From positions 1 to 64,000 of the forward strand of contig JBNJNM010000012.1 of NCBI GenBank assembly GCA_052426225.1: a stretch of 64,000 nucleotides of DNA. Direction: 5' to 3'. The notes beneath the pieces were generated by a model. It had not been told where the DNA came from. It was given only the letters and a program-made list of their open reading frames with translations, and made no database searches. The translations under genes were made by a program, and so were the position numbers. Shown here piece by piece: positions 22,707 through 36,563 of this stretch; position 1 is the first letter of the stretch; every line of letters starts with the position of its first letter. The DNA comes from Zancudomyces culisetae HAW-14-8 (Eukaryota > Fungi > Kickxellomycota).

Positions 22707-23189
22707 TGTTATGAATACACATGTATCATAACAATATTGTATTTTTAATACAATATAAATTAATTAATATTAATGACAATACATGTGTATCATTAATATT
22801 ATTTAATTATCAGTTATATTATTTAATTCTTATATAATTATTAGTTTAAAACATTAATATTGATACACATGATCAATATATAATGTATCCTCATTAATAT
22901 TGTGTATATTAATGATATTAGTTTATTAGTTTATTAATATTAGTTATATTAATAGTATTAGTTTTATTAAAGTTTTAGTACAAACTTAAATGTATAAAAG
23001 GTGATACTAATCCCTTTCATGAACATTTAAGTTTGTCAATCTCGTTTAACAATAATAAAGATATTATTAACTAATATTATATTATTACTGTGTGTTTTAA
23101 ACTAGTATAATTAATAATAACTTTTATAAATTAACTGTGTGTTAATTAGTTAATATCAATATTATAGTGTATAATATTGGTATCTAACA
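22707..23189 (+). repeat. Solo LTR family D (483 bp) with perfect TSD CACAT
   Basis: TGTTATG...CTAACA flanked by CACAT. Inserted just before the protease active site of element 4. Confidence 0.93.
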
Positions 23190-26100
23190 CACATGCTCTG
23201 ATTGATTCAGGAGCATCAGGTAATTTTATAAATTCTGAATTTGTAAAGCATCATGACATTCACAAAGCCAGGAAATCCAGCCCATACCAACTCCTACTAG
23301 CTGACAACTCCAGTCCTAAAGGAGGACTAGTAACTGAAGAGATCATTGAAACACACATAGCAATCAAAGACCACTCAGAGAAAATAAATTTCAATATAGT
23401 TCAAAACCTTAGCTTCCAGTAATACTCGGTCTACCATGGTTACAAAGAAACAATCCTCAAATAAACTAGGAACAAATGAAACTAAATCTACCAACCAATA
23501 ACCATAATCAAATACCATTAGCATCTACTGATCTTGAACCAATAAATATACTACCTAGCAAATATTCTGAATTTAATGATGTTTTCTCCAAAAATATATC
23601 TGAAATACTCCCCGGACTAAGACCTTACGATTGCGAAATCCCGCTGAAAGACAAAAACAGTATACCACCGTTCAAACCTATATACAATCTTTCAGGACCA
23701 GAGCTTAAATCGCTTGAAGAATATATAAAGAAAACCTACAAAAGGGTTTTATCAGACCAAGCAAATCGCCTGCAGGTGCACCAATATTTTTTGTGAACAA
23801 GAAAGATTGAGGGCTAAGACCGTGTGTGGAATACCGAGAACTCAATGAAATCACAGTCAAAAACAGATATCCGCTTCCTCTGATCACTGAACTACTAGAT
23901 CGATTATCATCAGCTAGAATTTTCACCAAGATCGATCTCAGGGGAGCCTACAATCTTGTTAGAATGAAGCCAGGTGAGGAATGGAAAACAGCATTGGGTC
24001 TAGATACGGTCACTTTGAATACTTAGTAATGCCTTTCGGTCTTACTAATGCTCCTGCGATATTCCAACACATGATGAACGACATTTTTCGTGACATGCTT
24101 GATATCTTGGTGATAATCTATCTTGATAATATTTTGATCTTTTCTCCTGATCCAGAGATTCACACAAGGCATGTCAATGATGTACTAGTCCGGCTCCGGC
24201 AGCATGGACTATACGCCAAACTCGAGAAAAGTCTATTTGATCAGAAATCGGTCGAATTCATAGGCTTTGTCGTATCTGATAAAGGAATATCTATGAGTAA
24301 TGACAAAGTAATAAGTATTCTAGACTGGAAGACCCCAAATAACGTAAAAGATGTTATGAGTTTACTTGGGTTTGCAAACTTCTACAGAAGATTTATCAGG
24401 GATTATTCAAAGGTGGCAAAACCACTTACTAATCTTACTAAAAAAGACATCAAATTTGAATGGTCAGGAGAATGCAATACCGCTTTCAAAACCCTAAAGA
24501 ACCTGATAACATCAGCTCCAATACTACATCATGTCGATCCCAATCTACCGTTCACTCTAGAGACCGACGCTTCAGATTTTGCAATCGGAGCAGTTCTGAC
24601 ACAACCAGATCCAACATCCAACGACAAACAACATCCTGTAGCATTTTACTCCAGAAAGCTGGTAGACGCAGAAGTGAACTACGACGTTCATGACAAAGAA
24701 CTTTTAGCCATTGTTGACTCACTCAAGCATTGGAGACACTACCTATCAGGCGCAATTCACCCTATATCTATCTACTCAGATCACCGAAACCTCACCTTTT
24801 TCAGGTCAAAACACATCTTAAAACAAAGACATGCCAGATGGGCAGGAACCCTATCTGAGTATGACTTCAAACTTTGCTACAGACCAGGAGCCTTAAACCC
24901 AGTGGCTGATGCTTTGTGTCGGAGGACCGACTTACTCCCAAAGGAGGGGGAACCGTACACTAATCCGCAAAACTTTGAATTGACACTCTTACCAGACAAA
25001 CTTTGGATTAACAGACTCAGAACAAAAATTAATCTGGTCAGAGAAGTCAATAGTGATCAAGAAAAGCTTGAAATTCTAAAGATCAGGCATGATTCAGCAA
25101 TAGCAGGTCACCCAGGGCAATACAAGACTTATAATCTAATTGCAAAGGATTTTTATTGGAAAGGGATGAGAAAATTCATTAACGAATATATCAGAAGCTG
25201 TGATACCTGCCAACGCACCAAAATTCCTAGACACAAACCGTACGGTCTGCTCTCACCATTACCTATACCCAAAAGACCATGGCAGTACACATCAATTGAT
25301 TTTATAGTAAAACTACCCCTATCTAGAAGTTTTGATTCAATACTCGTAGTAGTATGCAGATTGACAAAACAAGCCCATTTCATCGCTTATAATGAATCAA
25401 TCGATGCAGCAAAAACCGCTAAACTTTATCTGGACAATGTCTTTAAACTTCATGGCCTGCCTGAAGAAATAACATCAGATAGAGGACCTCAATTTAGGTC
25501 AGCCTTCTGGAAGTCACTCACTTCAAACCTAGGTATCAAAGCAAACTTAACTACAGTATAACATCCAGAAGCTAATGGTCAGGTAGAACGCGTAAATCAA
25601 ACGCTTGAACAATACCTAAGATGTTACACAACTTATAATCAGGACAATTGGGCTGAACTACTACCACTTGCAGAGTTTGCCTATAACAACTCAACAAACA
25701 ATAGCACCAAGCATACTCCATTTTATGCTAACTCAGGCTACCATCCAAAAGCAGATCTTTTGAAGCTAAACAACTTCAGCACAAATGTACCTTCGTTGGA
25801 ACAGAGACTAAATTCAATCAAGAAAATTCAGGAAACAATCAAGGATAACCTAAAAAACGCGCAGGACGCCGCCAAGAAATATTCAAACACGAAACGTAAA
25901 GATCAGGAATTCAAGGTTGACGACATTGTATGGTTACTCAGGAAAAACATCAAAACCACAAGACCATCAAGCAAACTGGACTACCAAAGGCTAGGGCCTT
26001 TCAGGATATCCGATAAGATTAATCAGGTAGCATACAAACTAGATCTTCCAGACACTATGAAATCTCATAATGTATACCATGTCTCCCTATTAGAAAGATA

Positions 26101-26370
26101 CTACAAGCCGACCATACCAGGACAGACACAAAGACCGCCAGAACCAATCATTGTTGATGATAATGAAGAATGGGAAGTAGATCAGATCCTAGACAGAAAA
26201 ATCAAAGGAAAAACCAAGTATTACCTTATCAAGTGGAAAGGTTTCAATGATAACGACAACACATGGGAACCAGAGGAAAACCTAGTAAACAGTCAGGAGT
26301 TATTAAACGATTATGAAGACAGTCAGAAACAAACTCATCTCGCAGAGCTCGATCTTAAAGAGGAGGATGA

Positions 26371-26832
26371 TGTTATGAATAGAACGTAGTTCTATAATTT
26401 ATTTTTAATTAATTTTATTTCTATTTTAGTTTAATTAAATTAGTAAGTTGAATTTCCATATTAGTAAAGTTACATAAATTGATTTAGGTAATCATCAAAT
26501 TAATTTATTACCAATTCGATTTTTAGTAACTGTTTTTATTTTACATAAACCAAAACAACACAATGTTGAACTAAACCCCAACATTGAAAATCATGAAACT
26601 AATCAAGGGTCAAACTCCTTGAATGTTTATCGAAGTAAGAAAATATTTTTTCTTCGATAAACAAGGTCTTGCGACCTTGGGTTTTTTCATGAAATTTTTG
26701 CTGACGAAAAAGTATATAAACCCAACGAATTTCGTTGTGGAAATCGTCAGTGAAAAATATTCTCTTTAGTTTAATAAAGTTAATATTTTTCTTAAATCAA
26801 GTTCATTAAATAAAATATATCTAGTTCTAACA
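26371..26832 (+). repeat. 3' LTR of element 4
   Basis: TGTTATG...CTAACA directly after the PPT. A related reverse copy lies at ~42790-43204. Confidence 0.87.
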
Positions 26833-27984
26833 GGGTCGAGTATCGTAAGTGAAGCGATGACCGAAGTTTTTAGTGATCAGGAATAGATCACTGCCCTACA
26901 AATCATTACCGACTACAAAGTTATGGTCAGGTTGAAAGGTTAAACTTGAATTTTTTAACTTGTTGCGTAAATGTCAGGAAACTAATTTATTTAAGTTGGG
27001 AAACTTAATTTCCCAAGTTAGGATTCATAGGTTATTAAATATGATTAAAAATTAATATTAAAACTTATGGGTAAATAATGCGATTCTGACAGCAAACTGA
27101 GTTGGCACTACAATCAAAACTGGGATGGGCATTTATAGACGGCAATGATAATTCTTAGAATCATGCAGAGCAAGTCGACGCAATTCAGCCCCTCACAAAT
27201 GTTGTATGGAATACAGGTAACACTGCCAAACGCATGGAAGACAATAGAAACATCGAAAACGTAGTAGAACATGTTTTATAACGATAAAGTTGATAACAAC
27301 TGACTTCCCTCAAATCAGAGATTTGGGATTAGTAAAGCGCTAACCTCAAAAAAACGGAACGAGTATAGGTACAACAAAACTGTAAAGAAGCAGCACTTTT
27401 CCGTAGGAGAGAAGGTGTTGAAGTTGGTAAAACCTGAGAAAGGTAAACTCGAAGACTTATGGGAGGGACACTATTTGATACTTAGGAGACTGGACAAAGA
27501 GACTTATTTCAAAACAGACGAGATAGGAAATAGATATTTAATCAACGGGAATATACTTATACCTTATTAAGAGAGTAGTGGGAATAATTATCATATTCCT
27601 GTATCGATCCCTGTTTTAAATTACTATTTACCTATTATTATTTATTGCTATTATTATTATGATTATAGATATTTATAGTAAGGAAGGATGTTTTTTAGAT
27701 AGGACACTCAGAGTTTTTTACAACACTCGTATTATTTAATTATTTAGGAGAACACCAGTTTATTAATATTAAAAAGATTATCAAAATAAATAATGATTGT
27801 TAAAACCAAAAGTACAGTAGAAAATTCTTTACTTCAATCCCATTCGCAGAGCGATTAACGACTAAAGTAAGTACATGATCCTAGGGTGGTTCAAACTCTC
27901 AGACCAAAGATAACGTTTTCAGACAAAAACCGACGCGATGAGAGCATCCGCGCTTAGTTCGATTGGTACTGTAATATTATCACA
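26833..27984 (+). mobile_element. Integrase relic and probable 3' LTR (27579-27984) of a further gypsy element
   Basis: QSYGQVERLN, FSPSQMLYG and KLEDLWEGHY (GPY/F-like). A purine tract is followed by TGGGAATAAT...TATTATCACA. Confidence 0.7.
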
Positions 27985-30062
27985 GGTCAACTATGACTAT
28001 ATAATTATTTTACATACTTTTATATTATAATACATTAATTTATCATTAATCATAGCAAGATAACAATAAAATAATTGAGATAAAAATGAAATATTATAAA
28101 GATAAAAAATAAGCATAATAGATATTTAATAGTATTTTGAATCCTTCACATTAGAAACTTTGACCAAATTTTATCCTTGAGTACTAAAGTGAATAAGTAA
28201 ATACTACCCAAAAAATATAACAGACACGATACTTTTGATAAGGAATAAATCAAAACTAGTCTTTAAGTAGTGGAAAATTTAGTAGAGATATTATATTTTT
28301 AGTTATAATACAGTCTAAAGAATAAAATTTAAGGTAAGTAGTATAAAATTGCGAATAGGCTACAATAGTGTATTTCTCATTATTTGAACAAATCTAGTAT
28401 TGGTATAATAGAAACTCGACTTTGTCGTAACAGTACATGGTCATTATAATATTTCTTTCATTTAAGAACTTGATGTAAAAACAAAGTTGGTAGTTATACA
28501 ATAAATCAATTTATAAATATTGTACATCTAAACATAATTAATTGATATATTTGAGCAGCCAAGCAATTTCATAGCACCATCTTAATTTTAAATTCTTTAA
28601 ATTATGGTATTCTGTACGCACCATCTGGAATAGTTTCTATCTTTATTTATATGTATAATTGTTTTGGTTATATTTTCATTATTTTACTGTTATATTTATT
28701 AACCAACGTATTAACTAATGATTAATATATAAAATCGTTAATCTATGAAAATATTAGAAAAATAACAAAGCGTCGTATATATTACTAAAGTATCTGAATA
28801 GATGTTTTTAAAGAAAATCATACAATTTATACGTCTATTAATTCACTTTATTTTTAATAGGATTTAGAAATTAAACGCAAAGTAAAGAATGTGATTCCGT
28901 TTGCACTGGGGTTACTCCATTATTTAAAAAAACTTGATATGGAAAGAATATCAAAAGAAAAAGGACAAAAATCAAATTCCCTAATTTTTATTGTAATATT
29001 CGACGAATAATGCACTAGTTTTTGATGGGGTGAGAGGGAATTCATATTTCAAGTCTAGGTTATAAAAGGGAGAGGTGTGGAGTATAAATAAATAGGTTTA
29101 TGAATGTCTGTTGGTATAGGTAAATATGAGCGCACTAGGTAGTAGGTGAAACATATACGTAAAACATAATTAAGTGATTATTCTTCTATACTTGGTTATG
29201 TGAATAAAATACTGAGTTACCTAAATTTTTTTCAAATACCTGCGAGTAAATTTGGCATCATAAATGATGAATTTGATCGTTGGGTTGATTATCGGAAACT
29301 GGTGAACAAGTTTAATTAATCTATGGGATCTAAAAACAAAAGCAAAAGCAAACGTTGTTCTATTTTATTTTTTTTCATTGTGCGACACAAAAGCTATTTT
29401 TACATTAAAAAAACATAAATTAAACGAAACTGGATTATCTAGGTCAAGTTCCAAGCACAAAGGAATTAATGCCATTTAGCCCTAAAACTACCCGCAAGGT
29501 GTTAGGCACAAATAAATATAGTGTGGAGTGCTTTTAGATTGTGATTTGTAAACTATTTATCCATCAATTTCGCCTTTTACAAATCTTGATTTTGTTCCCA
29601 ATCCAAAAATTACCATCACAAGTCATGGTAAACAAATGAATAAATCAGATCAACTTGGCGAATGAATACCAAACTCGAATTTGACTTTTTTTGTCATGAA
29701 ATCATGGGTGTGATTGCCTTTGTTGTTGGTACGAAATGAACATAAGCAAATTATAACAAATGCCTATCAAAACCACCGTTTTTTTTAATGGATTTGTTTT
29801 TCAATTAATTCATTTTTTTTATTTGTAGGTTTAATTTAGACCATAAACACACTCCAGAACCAAGCTATATTTGATATAGTTATGCAAACATGAAATGTTT
29901 CGATAAATTACAATTAATAAAAGATTTAATCAAAAAAAAATTCAGAGAGGATGAAAAATAAAAATATTTGGAATTTTCAATCAATTTCACAATAAATCAA
30001 ACTCCGCAATATAGATTATTAAAACAATCTTAAAAAATAAATTGTGAAACCAAATTACAGCT

Positions 30063-32168
30063 ATGCTAATAGTAAGACTAATGGCTACAGAAAAACCAAT
30101 GACCCGAAGGAGTAGAATGATAACCATCAACAAGGTCAGTGACCTTGTTGCTAGTGTGGAGACCAGAGCTACGGAGATACATGCTGTTATAAACAACAGT
30201 AAACGGTTGAAGCTGGAAAACAGTAGGACAGGTGTTAATTTTGATAAGATGTATGAGAAAATTTATGAATATGTACTGATAAAAAAGGTAGATAATGGGA
30301 ATTTTAGTTATGAGGCGTACTATGATGAAATCACCAAAACACACATGATAAAACTGGTGAACTTCATGGTAGAAACCACAAAACTGTGTGTGTTTGCAAC
30401 ACCAAATCTGATGATACCCGTTAGAGTACCCATACTGATAGAAAATATCAAAAGCCTGAGACTTCCCAGATACATGATTTACACAATATTGATTCTTGGA
30501 ACACAACTACTGCCAGAATCCAGAGTAACAAGATTTCTGAGCGCTAAAAAAGTGGGAGAAATGGTGAACTACATCCGGAAAGTGCTTGATGATAGACAGA
30601 ATAAGTTCAAAATGAATCACTTGTGGTGTTTTCAAGCTTTGCTTGAACAAAAACTCTCCAACAGGTTTAGTCATACCACACATACCGATCTAATGAAATG
30701 TTACAGCGCATGTATCATGCTTGGATTGCATAAAGTTGATTCAAGTGCTTATCTAGGGTTAAAACAGTCTGCACAGGAACCTAATGAAATGGAGTTTAAG
30801 CGGAGGATGTTTTGGATGGTATATCTTAACAACAGCGTTCAAGCAGGGCTTGTCAAACATACTATTTATGATGGATTTTTTAAAAGCGCAAATAAACTCC
30901 CAAAAAACGACTATGAATGGAGAAATGGGATTGAATATAAAACCTCAACACTTATACTAGTGGAAAATCGACAACTAATCAGGACCAGCGAAAGCAGAAG
31001 GGTAAACCCGGATATTACAAAAATGAGATGTATAGTATTTGGTATGCATAACAAAATTTGTGCTTTTCGAAACCAAAGAAGCTATATGATTAAACGGGAC
31101 TATCAACTCGACTTTGTAAGGTACACGGATCTCTCGAAGCAACTCAACGTTATTTCAAAGATGCTGAGAAGATATACATTTGACACACTTCAAAAACTCC
31201 AGTTATGTGAGAACGCAAACTTTCTTATAATCGATGAAGCTACTGTCAAGAATCTGGTATTCCAATTGTGCTGCCTGCGCCTCTCCTTAATAAACGCAGC
31301 CGTCCATTTGTGTATGACTGAGATATTGTTTCTAGAGTATTTTTATGATGAACCCTGGCGAGTCCAGGTGGCAAAGATGCTATGTATTGACTACTCTCTT
31401 GAAGGTATAAGGGTCTTGAAGTGGGGTTATGCTAATATTCCAACACAGTATATGGATTTGAATCTTCCTTTTTTGGTTTTTTGGATATCACTGACACTAA
31501 TTAATGCAGCCTATATCATAGATCATTCAAAGTACAAGGATATTATCGAAAGTAGAGATTTTATTCTAATGCTATTACAAAAATTCGAACCAAAATTTCC
31601 GAATAGAGGAATATTCCAAGAATTTTCTACAAAAATCAATAGAATAAAGCAGTATTTTTACAATATCAACAGGATGGTTAGTCCTGTGCCCAGCATTATT
31701 GTAAACAGTGCAATCACTGAGGAAGATATGAACCCTTGGTTTATTATAGCTCATCCTTCATCTGCGGGAAGCAGGTGTTGTCTTTTTTCAAACAATAAAA
31801 TACCTTTACATGTGTTATCGCTAACATATTATATGCATCTTCCTAGCACTCCTGTAGATTTTGGCGATCACGAGAATTATACAAATTTAGTGCAATCAGT
31901 CAATATTTATTTGGATTTCATTTATCAAAAACCAATGATTGAGATGAGAAAAAAAGGTCAGGACAAACGCAAACATCCGAACAGCATAAACATGTTATTA
32001 GGGAAATATGACGATATTGGTATGAATAACTTTCATACACTAAATATTCGTAAACCACCAGAATATTATTCATGGTCAAAGCGGAGTACTAGAGCGTCAA
32101 TCAAATCACTTTTTAGATTGATTTTTCCCGACTATGGAGTAACTGGATGTCAAATAGGCTATACTTAG
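30063..32168 (+). CDS. Fungal-specific transcription factor (middle homology region / Fungal_trans) protein with no Zn2Cys6 cluster in the ORF
   Basis: Intact 701-aa ORF. LGLHKVD..EMEFKRRMFWMVY..KLPKNDYEW matches the MHR signature. Paralogous to 36564-38948. Confidence 0.8.
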   Translation: MLIVRLMATEKPMTRRSRMITINKVSDLVASVETRATEIHAVINNSKRLKLENSRTGVNFDKMYEKIYEYVLIKKVDNGNFSYEAYYDEITKTHMIKLVNFMVETTKLCVFATPNLMIPVRVPILIENIKSLRLPRYMIYTILILGTQLLPESRVTRFLSAKKVGEMVNYIRKVLDDRQNKFKMNHLWCFQALLEQKLSNRFSHTTHTDLMKCYSACIMLGLHKVDSSAYLGLKQSAQEPNEMEFKRRMFWMVYLNNSVQAGLVKHTIYDGFFKSANKLPKNDYEWRNGIEYKTSTLILVENRQLIRTSESRRVNPDITKMRCIVFGMHNKICAFRNQRSYMIKRDYQLDFVRYTDLSKQLNVISKMLRRYTFDTLQKLQLCENANFLIIDEATVKNLVFQLCCLRLSLINAAVHLCMTEILFLEYFYDEPWRVQVAKMLCIDYSLEGIRVLKWGYANIPTQYMDLNLPFLVFWISLTLINAAYIIDHSKYKDIIESRDFILMLLQKFEPKFPNRGIFQEFSTKINRIKQYFYNINRMVSPVPSIIVNSAITEEDMNPWFIIAHPSSAGSRCCLFSNNKIPLHVLSLTYYMHLPSTPVDFGDHENYTNLVQSVNIYLDFIYQKPMIEMRKKGQDKRKHPNSINMLLGKYDDIGMNNFHTLNIRKPPEYYSWSKRSTRASIKSLFRLIFPDYGVTGCQIGYT

Positions 32169-35100
32169 GATAATTAAAGCGAAGAACCTGGTATCAAATT
32201 ATGATAAGCAAGTGATTAGTGAATTTAGTGAATGTTTTTATACTTTTTTTATAGTACAAGTAGCGGATATTACATACTTAATTTTATAGCATATGAAGGT
32301 AGTACTTTTGGTTGAGATAAATTTTATTATACGGTATTGATAAATGGATTAATAAATAATTTGAATCTTAGATCCCAAACATCTTCATACGATGCTGAGT
32401 ACTACTGATCGATGAGCAGTAGGCAATTGTTGTTTTAAATTCGCCATTAAAGTATATTTTGAATAATATTTACAGATTTTAGCTCGGAAAAATTGAAGTA
32501 AAACGATTTTTCAAAGGTTTAAAAACAATAGCACTACTGATATAATTCACAATCGAGCTATCAAATAAACACTACAAAAAAACAACCCTACAAAATATCT
32601 ACCTGAAAAATCACACTTATATCAACCTATAAACTTTGTACCCACCATATCCCGATTGAAAGTATCACAGAAACAAACAAAACAGTAGTAAATTACAATC
32701 CCATCACACATTGTAACTCGTTCCAGGTTATAGAAAGCATTAACAGAACAATTATTATTGCTCTAGTTATTTTTAGTATGTAAACCAAAACTCAACTTTC
32801 ATCAGAGTTAGAGATGTATCAGCGCACAAAATTACATAGGGCAACCTGATAAGCAAAAAAAAAATTAGTAAAAGTAAGTTGGCTGATTATTATTGTTTCA
32901 AAAAGTATTGGCAAGTTAAAAATAATATAACTTTACAGAGAATATTCAGATGCTCACATATAATATACAATCCGATGTGAAACCAAAGAATTACATCAAA
33001 TCCAGAAGTTAAAGCGAATAACCTCGTAATATTCTCAACTTTTTATGCTTTCTAATCCTCACAACACCCTTTCCAAACATCTCGTTAATAGATGAAATAA
33101 TTACTCGTACAGAGTAAACTACATTGAGCAAATATTTCAATATAAATACCAGGTATGAAATTTATCACCAGTTAATTTTATAGACACTTGAGTGCTGAGT
33201 CCCATTTAAATTGCAAATCCTTGTAAAACCAGCACCAGCAACAATATGATTCTTTTTCTTTTTTTCATTTTACGTAATTTAATCTGAGAATTAATCACAT
33301 GTACATTAATATTATTCAAAGTATAAATAGTGCAATCCATCAGTTGAATTAACCATATTTTCATTCCATTTCCTGTTGATATGGCATTTGGTTAAAACTA
33401 ATCCAAGTAAATACAAATTTTTAATAATATTAACATAATACTGATCAATATTCTGTGTTAATATTGAAATAAGAACAGGCAAATGTTAAGAACTAGATAA
33501 CATTGATGTAATCAGCATAATGCAAGAAATTGATAAAGAATTTGGCAAGCACTTGCACTTATTATCTAAATTTAGAACTTGATGTCAAACTAAATCCATT
33601 CTAATCAAATTAATAATGTCTAATTTATTGAATTAAATAAACAAGGTATGGTGATATTTTTATTCTATTCAGCAGCTTTGTGTAGATATATACCTAAAAA
33701 GTATAAAACTTGTAAAAACAACTCTTTAAAAAACTCAAAGCGTTTATTTAATAGCTAATGGTTTGAGGTGCTCTATATAAGCTGATATTAATGAGATGAA
33801 AAGAAACAAACTCAGAAAAAATAAAACAGATTTATAAAAACCTATTCGGTATTTCATTCTAGTAATAATTAAGAAAAACTAATATGTAATGAAAATAAAC
33901 ACAATTAACAGTTATTTTTCATTTGCATTCATAAACTCATCAGTATTAGCTTAGATTATAAAGAGAAAAAAAGAAATCAATACCATTGAATAAACCCTGA
34001 AGACGAGAAGCAGCAAGGCTATTCCGCAAACAAGCCGCTGATTGTACTATAACCTTCCCTGACTTTATAGTCGATAATTTGCCTATTCTTGGTACCTAAA
34101 TCTCAAAATTTATAGTAGCTGTCACACAATAAACCTAACTACAGTTCTAGAATTGACAATACAGGAGTTGAAGCAATAGACGGATTCACATCTACAACCT
34201 CCTCAGCACCAACTACACCCACTCCTGTCTCAACTTTGAGTCAATTATTTTGACTGGACTATTTTGGAATACCAATAGTTCCCACTTTAAACAAACTCAG
34301 TGCTATTAATTGTCGTTCGTTTGTGATTAAGACCTAATTAATCGAATTATTTTGAAATTATGTGTTCAAATAAATTATAAAAATATCAAATTTATAATTA
34401 ATTTTAACAATAATATAAATAATCTAAAATAAACAAATTTAAATCACGAAATGCAGTAACTATTAAAATAAAAGATTCAAGAGATAAATATTCAATGTAA
34501 AACCACCTGAAAAAGAAATTAATGATCATAGTATATATCAATATCATAATAGTAAAAAGACGAGTAATGAAATTGTGACAATCTATTGATGAGGAAATGT
34601 ATCAAGATATTATATAAATGCATGTGGAAGCTACAAATAGGCAGATATTGCAAATTATAATAAATATATAGAAGTTTAAGATAACTCAATAGGAGGTTTT
34701 ACATCTCTTTTAGTAGTTATTTAGTTACAACAAGAATAGGAAATAAAGCAAATATAAATAGTAAAGACTTTGTTTAAAAAATTATTTTGAATTGAAAATA
34801 AATCATCTAATATTATAAATAGTGCTAAGGCTAGTATTTAAGGTAAAATTATTTGTAAAAAATACTAAAATCTCAAATATCAGGTTTGATGAAGCAACTC
34901 TGTTTGACAGTCATTTAACAGTTCCGGGATGATGGTTGCTACTCTTCTGATAGTTACAGATTAGGTGTCTCGTCCATGAATTTAAATCCTGATTGTCACG
35001 TAACGCATTTAAAGATTTTAAATATTTGATAAATCATGAGTTTCTATCCGTCAGAAACCCGACAAACTAATGTTATCTGCTTGGTCACGTCCGAAAATAC

Positions 35101-36563
35101 CATCTTCCTTTATGAACGTAAAACATGAAAACTTAACTCACTATAATAATATATTTTCAAAGGGTTGTCCAATCTGTATAGTTTTTTAAATGTGAGTATT
35201 CCAATCAGCAGAATATCAGAAAAATAAAGACTCATTGAAAGTATATATAACATCTATATATTAAATGAAGAATTGTTCTACTACCCATAACCTAAGGTTT
35301 AACTAAAAAAGTATTTTAGGAATCTCCATCAAATCGAAATATAATTCGTTGGAAAAAATATAATTAGTTTAATTCCAATATCTACACTTCAATTTAACAT
35401 CCCTGATTTTAATTTAAATATAACTATCAATCCGATAAACATCAAAAGAAATGGAACCAGATCAAGTAGAAAATCAAGCTACCACTGCTAGCGGTAGTGA
35501 TTTAGCAAGAATAAATAGGATCCGTTAAAGCATTTATAATTCTTGCCATCTCATTTTAACTGCATATGTGATTAAAGTATAATAATGGATGATTGGAAAA
35601 TGGAAAGTTCTGCACTTTTATATGGTACTGCATTCTATCTTGATTGAACTTTTTATCACGTGGTACTGCATATGTTTGAACGTATGTTATTTTAATTCAA
35701 ATCAGGTCCGCTGAGGCTGCTGCCAAGAGAGAGGATCTGGATGATATATAGCTGAATACGTTTTTACTGTACAGAATCATTAGTTTATTTCTTCGTTATC
35801 AGCATAATCTACTTTTAATTACTAGCTATCCTAGTTGAAAGGCCGATTAACTTTTAAAGTTCTAACTAGCTTGATTTACTTGGCTAATTACTAATTTTTC
35901 ATTATTACACCCTTTAAGATAGTTAATTATTATAATTAAACGCTAAAATAATAAAGATGTTTCAATAACGAATAAAAATATAATCTAAATCGACTATCGT
36001 CATATGCATAACCAGCTACATTACGCACTAAAGTACTGTGATATTGGTATACCATAGTCTGATAATTTTGTACTTTCGATATTTATGTACAGCCAACCAA
36101 TTGGGTATTAAAGCAATGAAACCGAATGGTGATAAGTATTGTATCAACGCCCTTGTACAATGACTATACAGTATCAACAAATACCACGGATATTATCCGA
36201 TTTTGCATTCATTGAGCTAAAAAAAAACCAGAAGTTAGTACAAGTATATAGCCCACTAGTAAAACTAAATCAACTACAATTCGCCTCACTTCCACCAGGG
36301 TTGGTCAGTTTTTGTTTTAATTAAAGAATTGGTTTTTTTATCTATATTTTTTAGGTTTCCACAAATAATCAGAACATGTAATTTATTGACGAATTGTAAT
36401 ACTAAAAGTTAAAAAGCCCAACTAGACAACCTACAAAGCCAAGTCAGGAATTGTGAGTTCAAAGCTAAAATATATTTATAGTATATCGAGATATGTTTGA
36501 TAAAGTTTTTAACAAAAGTAGAGTTCAAAAATCCATGTTAGGGTTTACTACAACTCAATAATA

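Larger units (their letters stand above)
22698..26832 (+). mobile_element. 5'-truncated Ty3/gypsy chromovirus (element 4): PR-RT-RH-IN-chromodomain and 3' LTR
   Basis: HALIDSGAS, MPFGLTNAPA, ETDASD, HHCC, DFIVKLP, SDRGPQF, and chromodomain EWEVDQILD..WKGF..TWEP. PPT AAAGAGGAGGATGA. gag and the 5' LTR are not seen. Confidence 0.95.

Noticed and set aside
1817-27984. RIP-like hypermutation of the TEs
   Set aside because: Lesions include transversions and many indels, and repeated LTR C copies remain highly similar. No dinucleotide-specific C-to-T pattern is evident by eye.
32600-34300. Codon-like stretches between the two TF genes
   Set aside because: There is no sustained frame or recognisable motif on either strand.
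35520-35751. Alternative genetic code (TGA = Trp) or a mitochondrial insert
   Set aside because: The same frame also has a TAA and needs a frameshift. Neighbouring genes use TGG for Trp, and one ends in TGA. Ordinary decay explains it.
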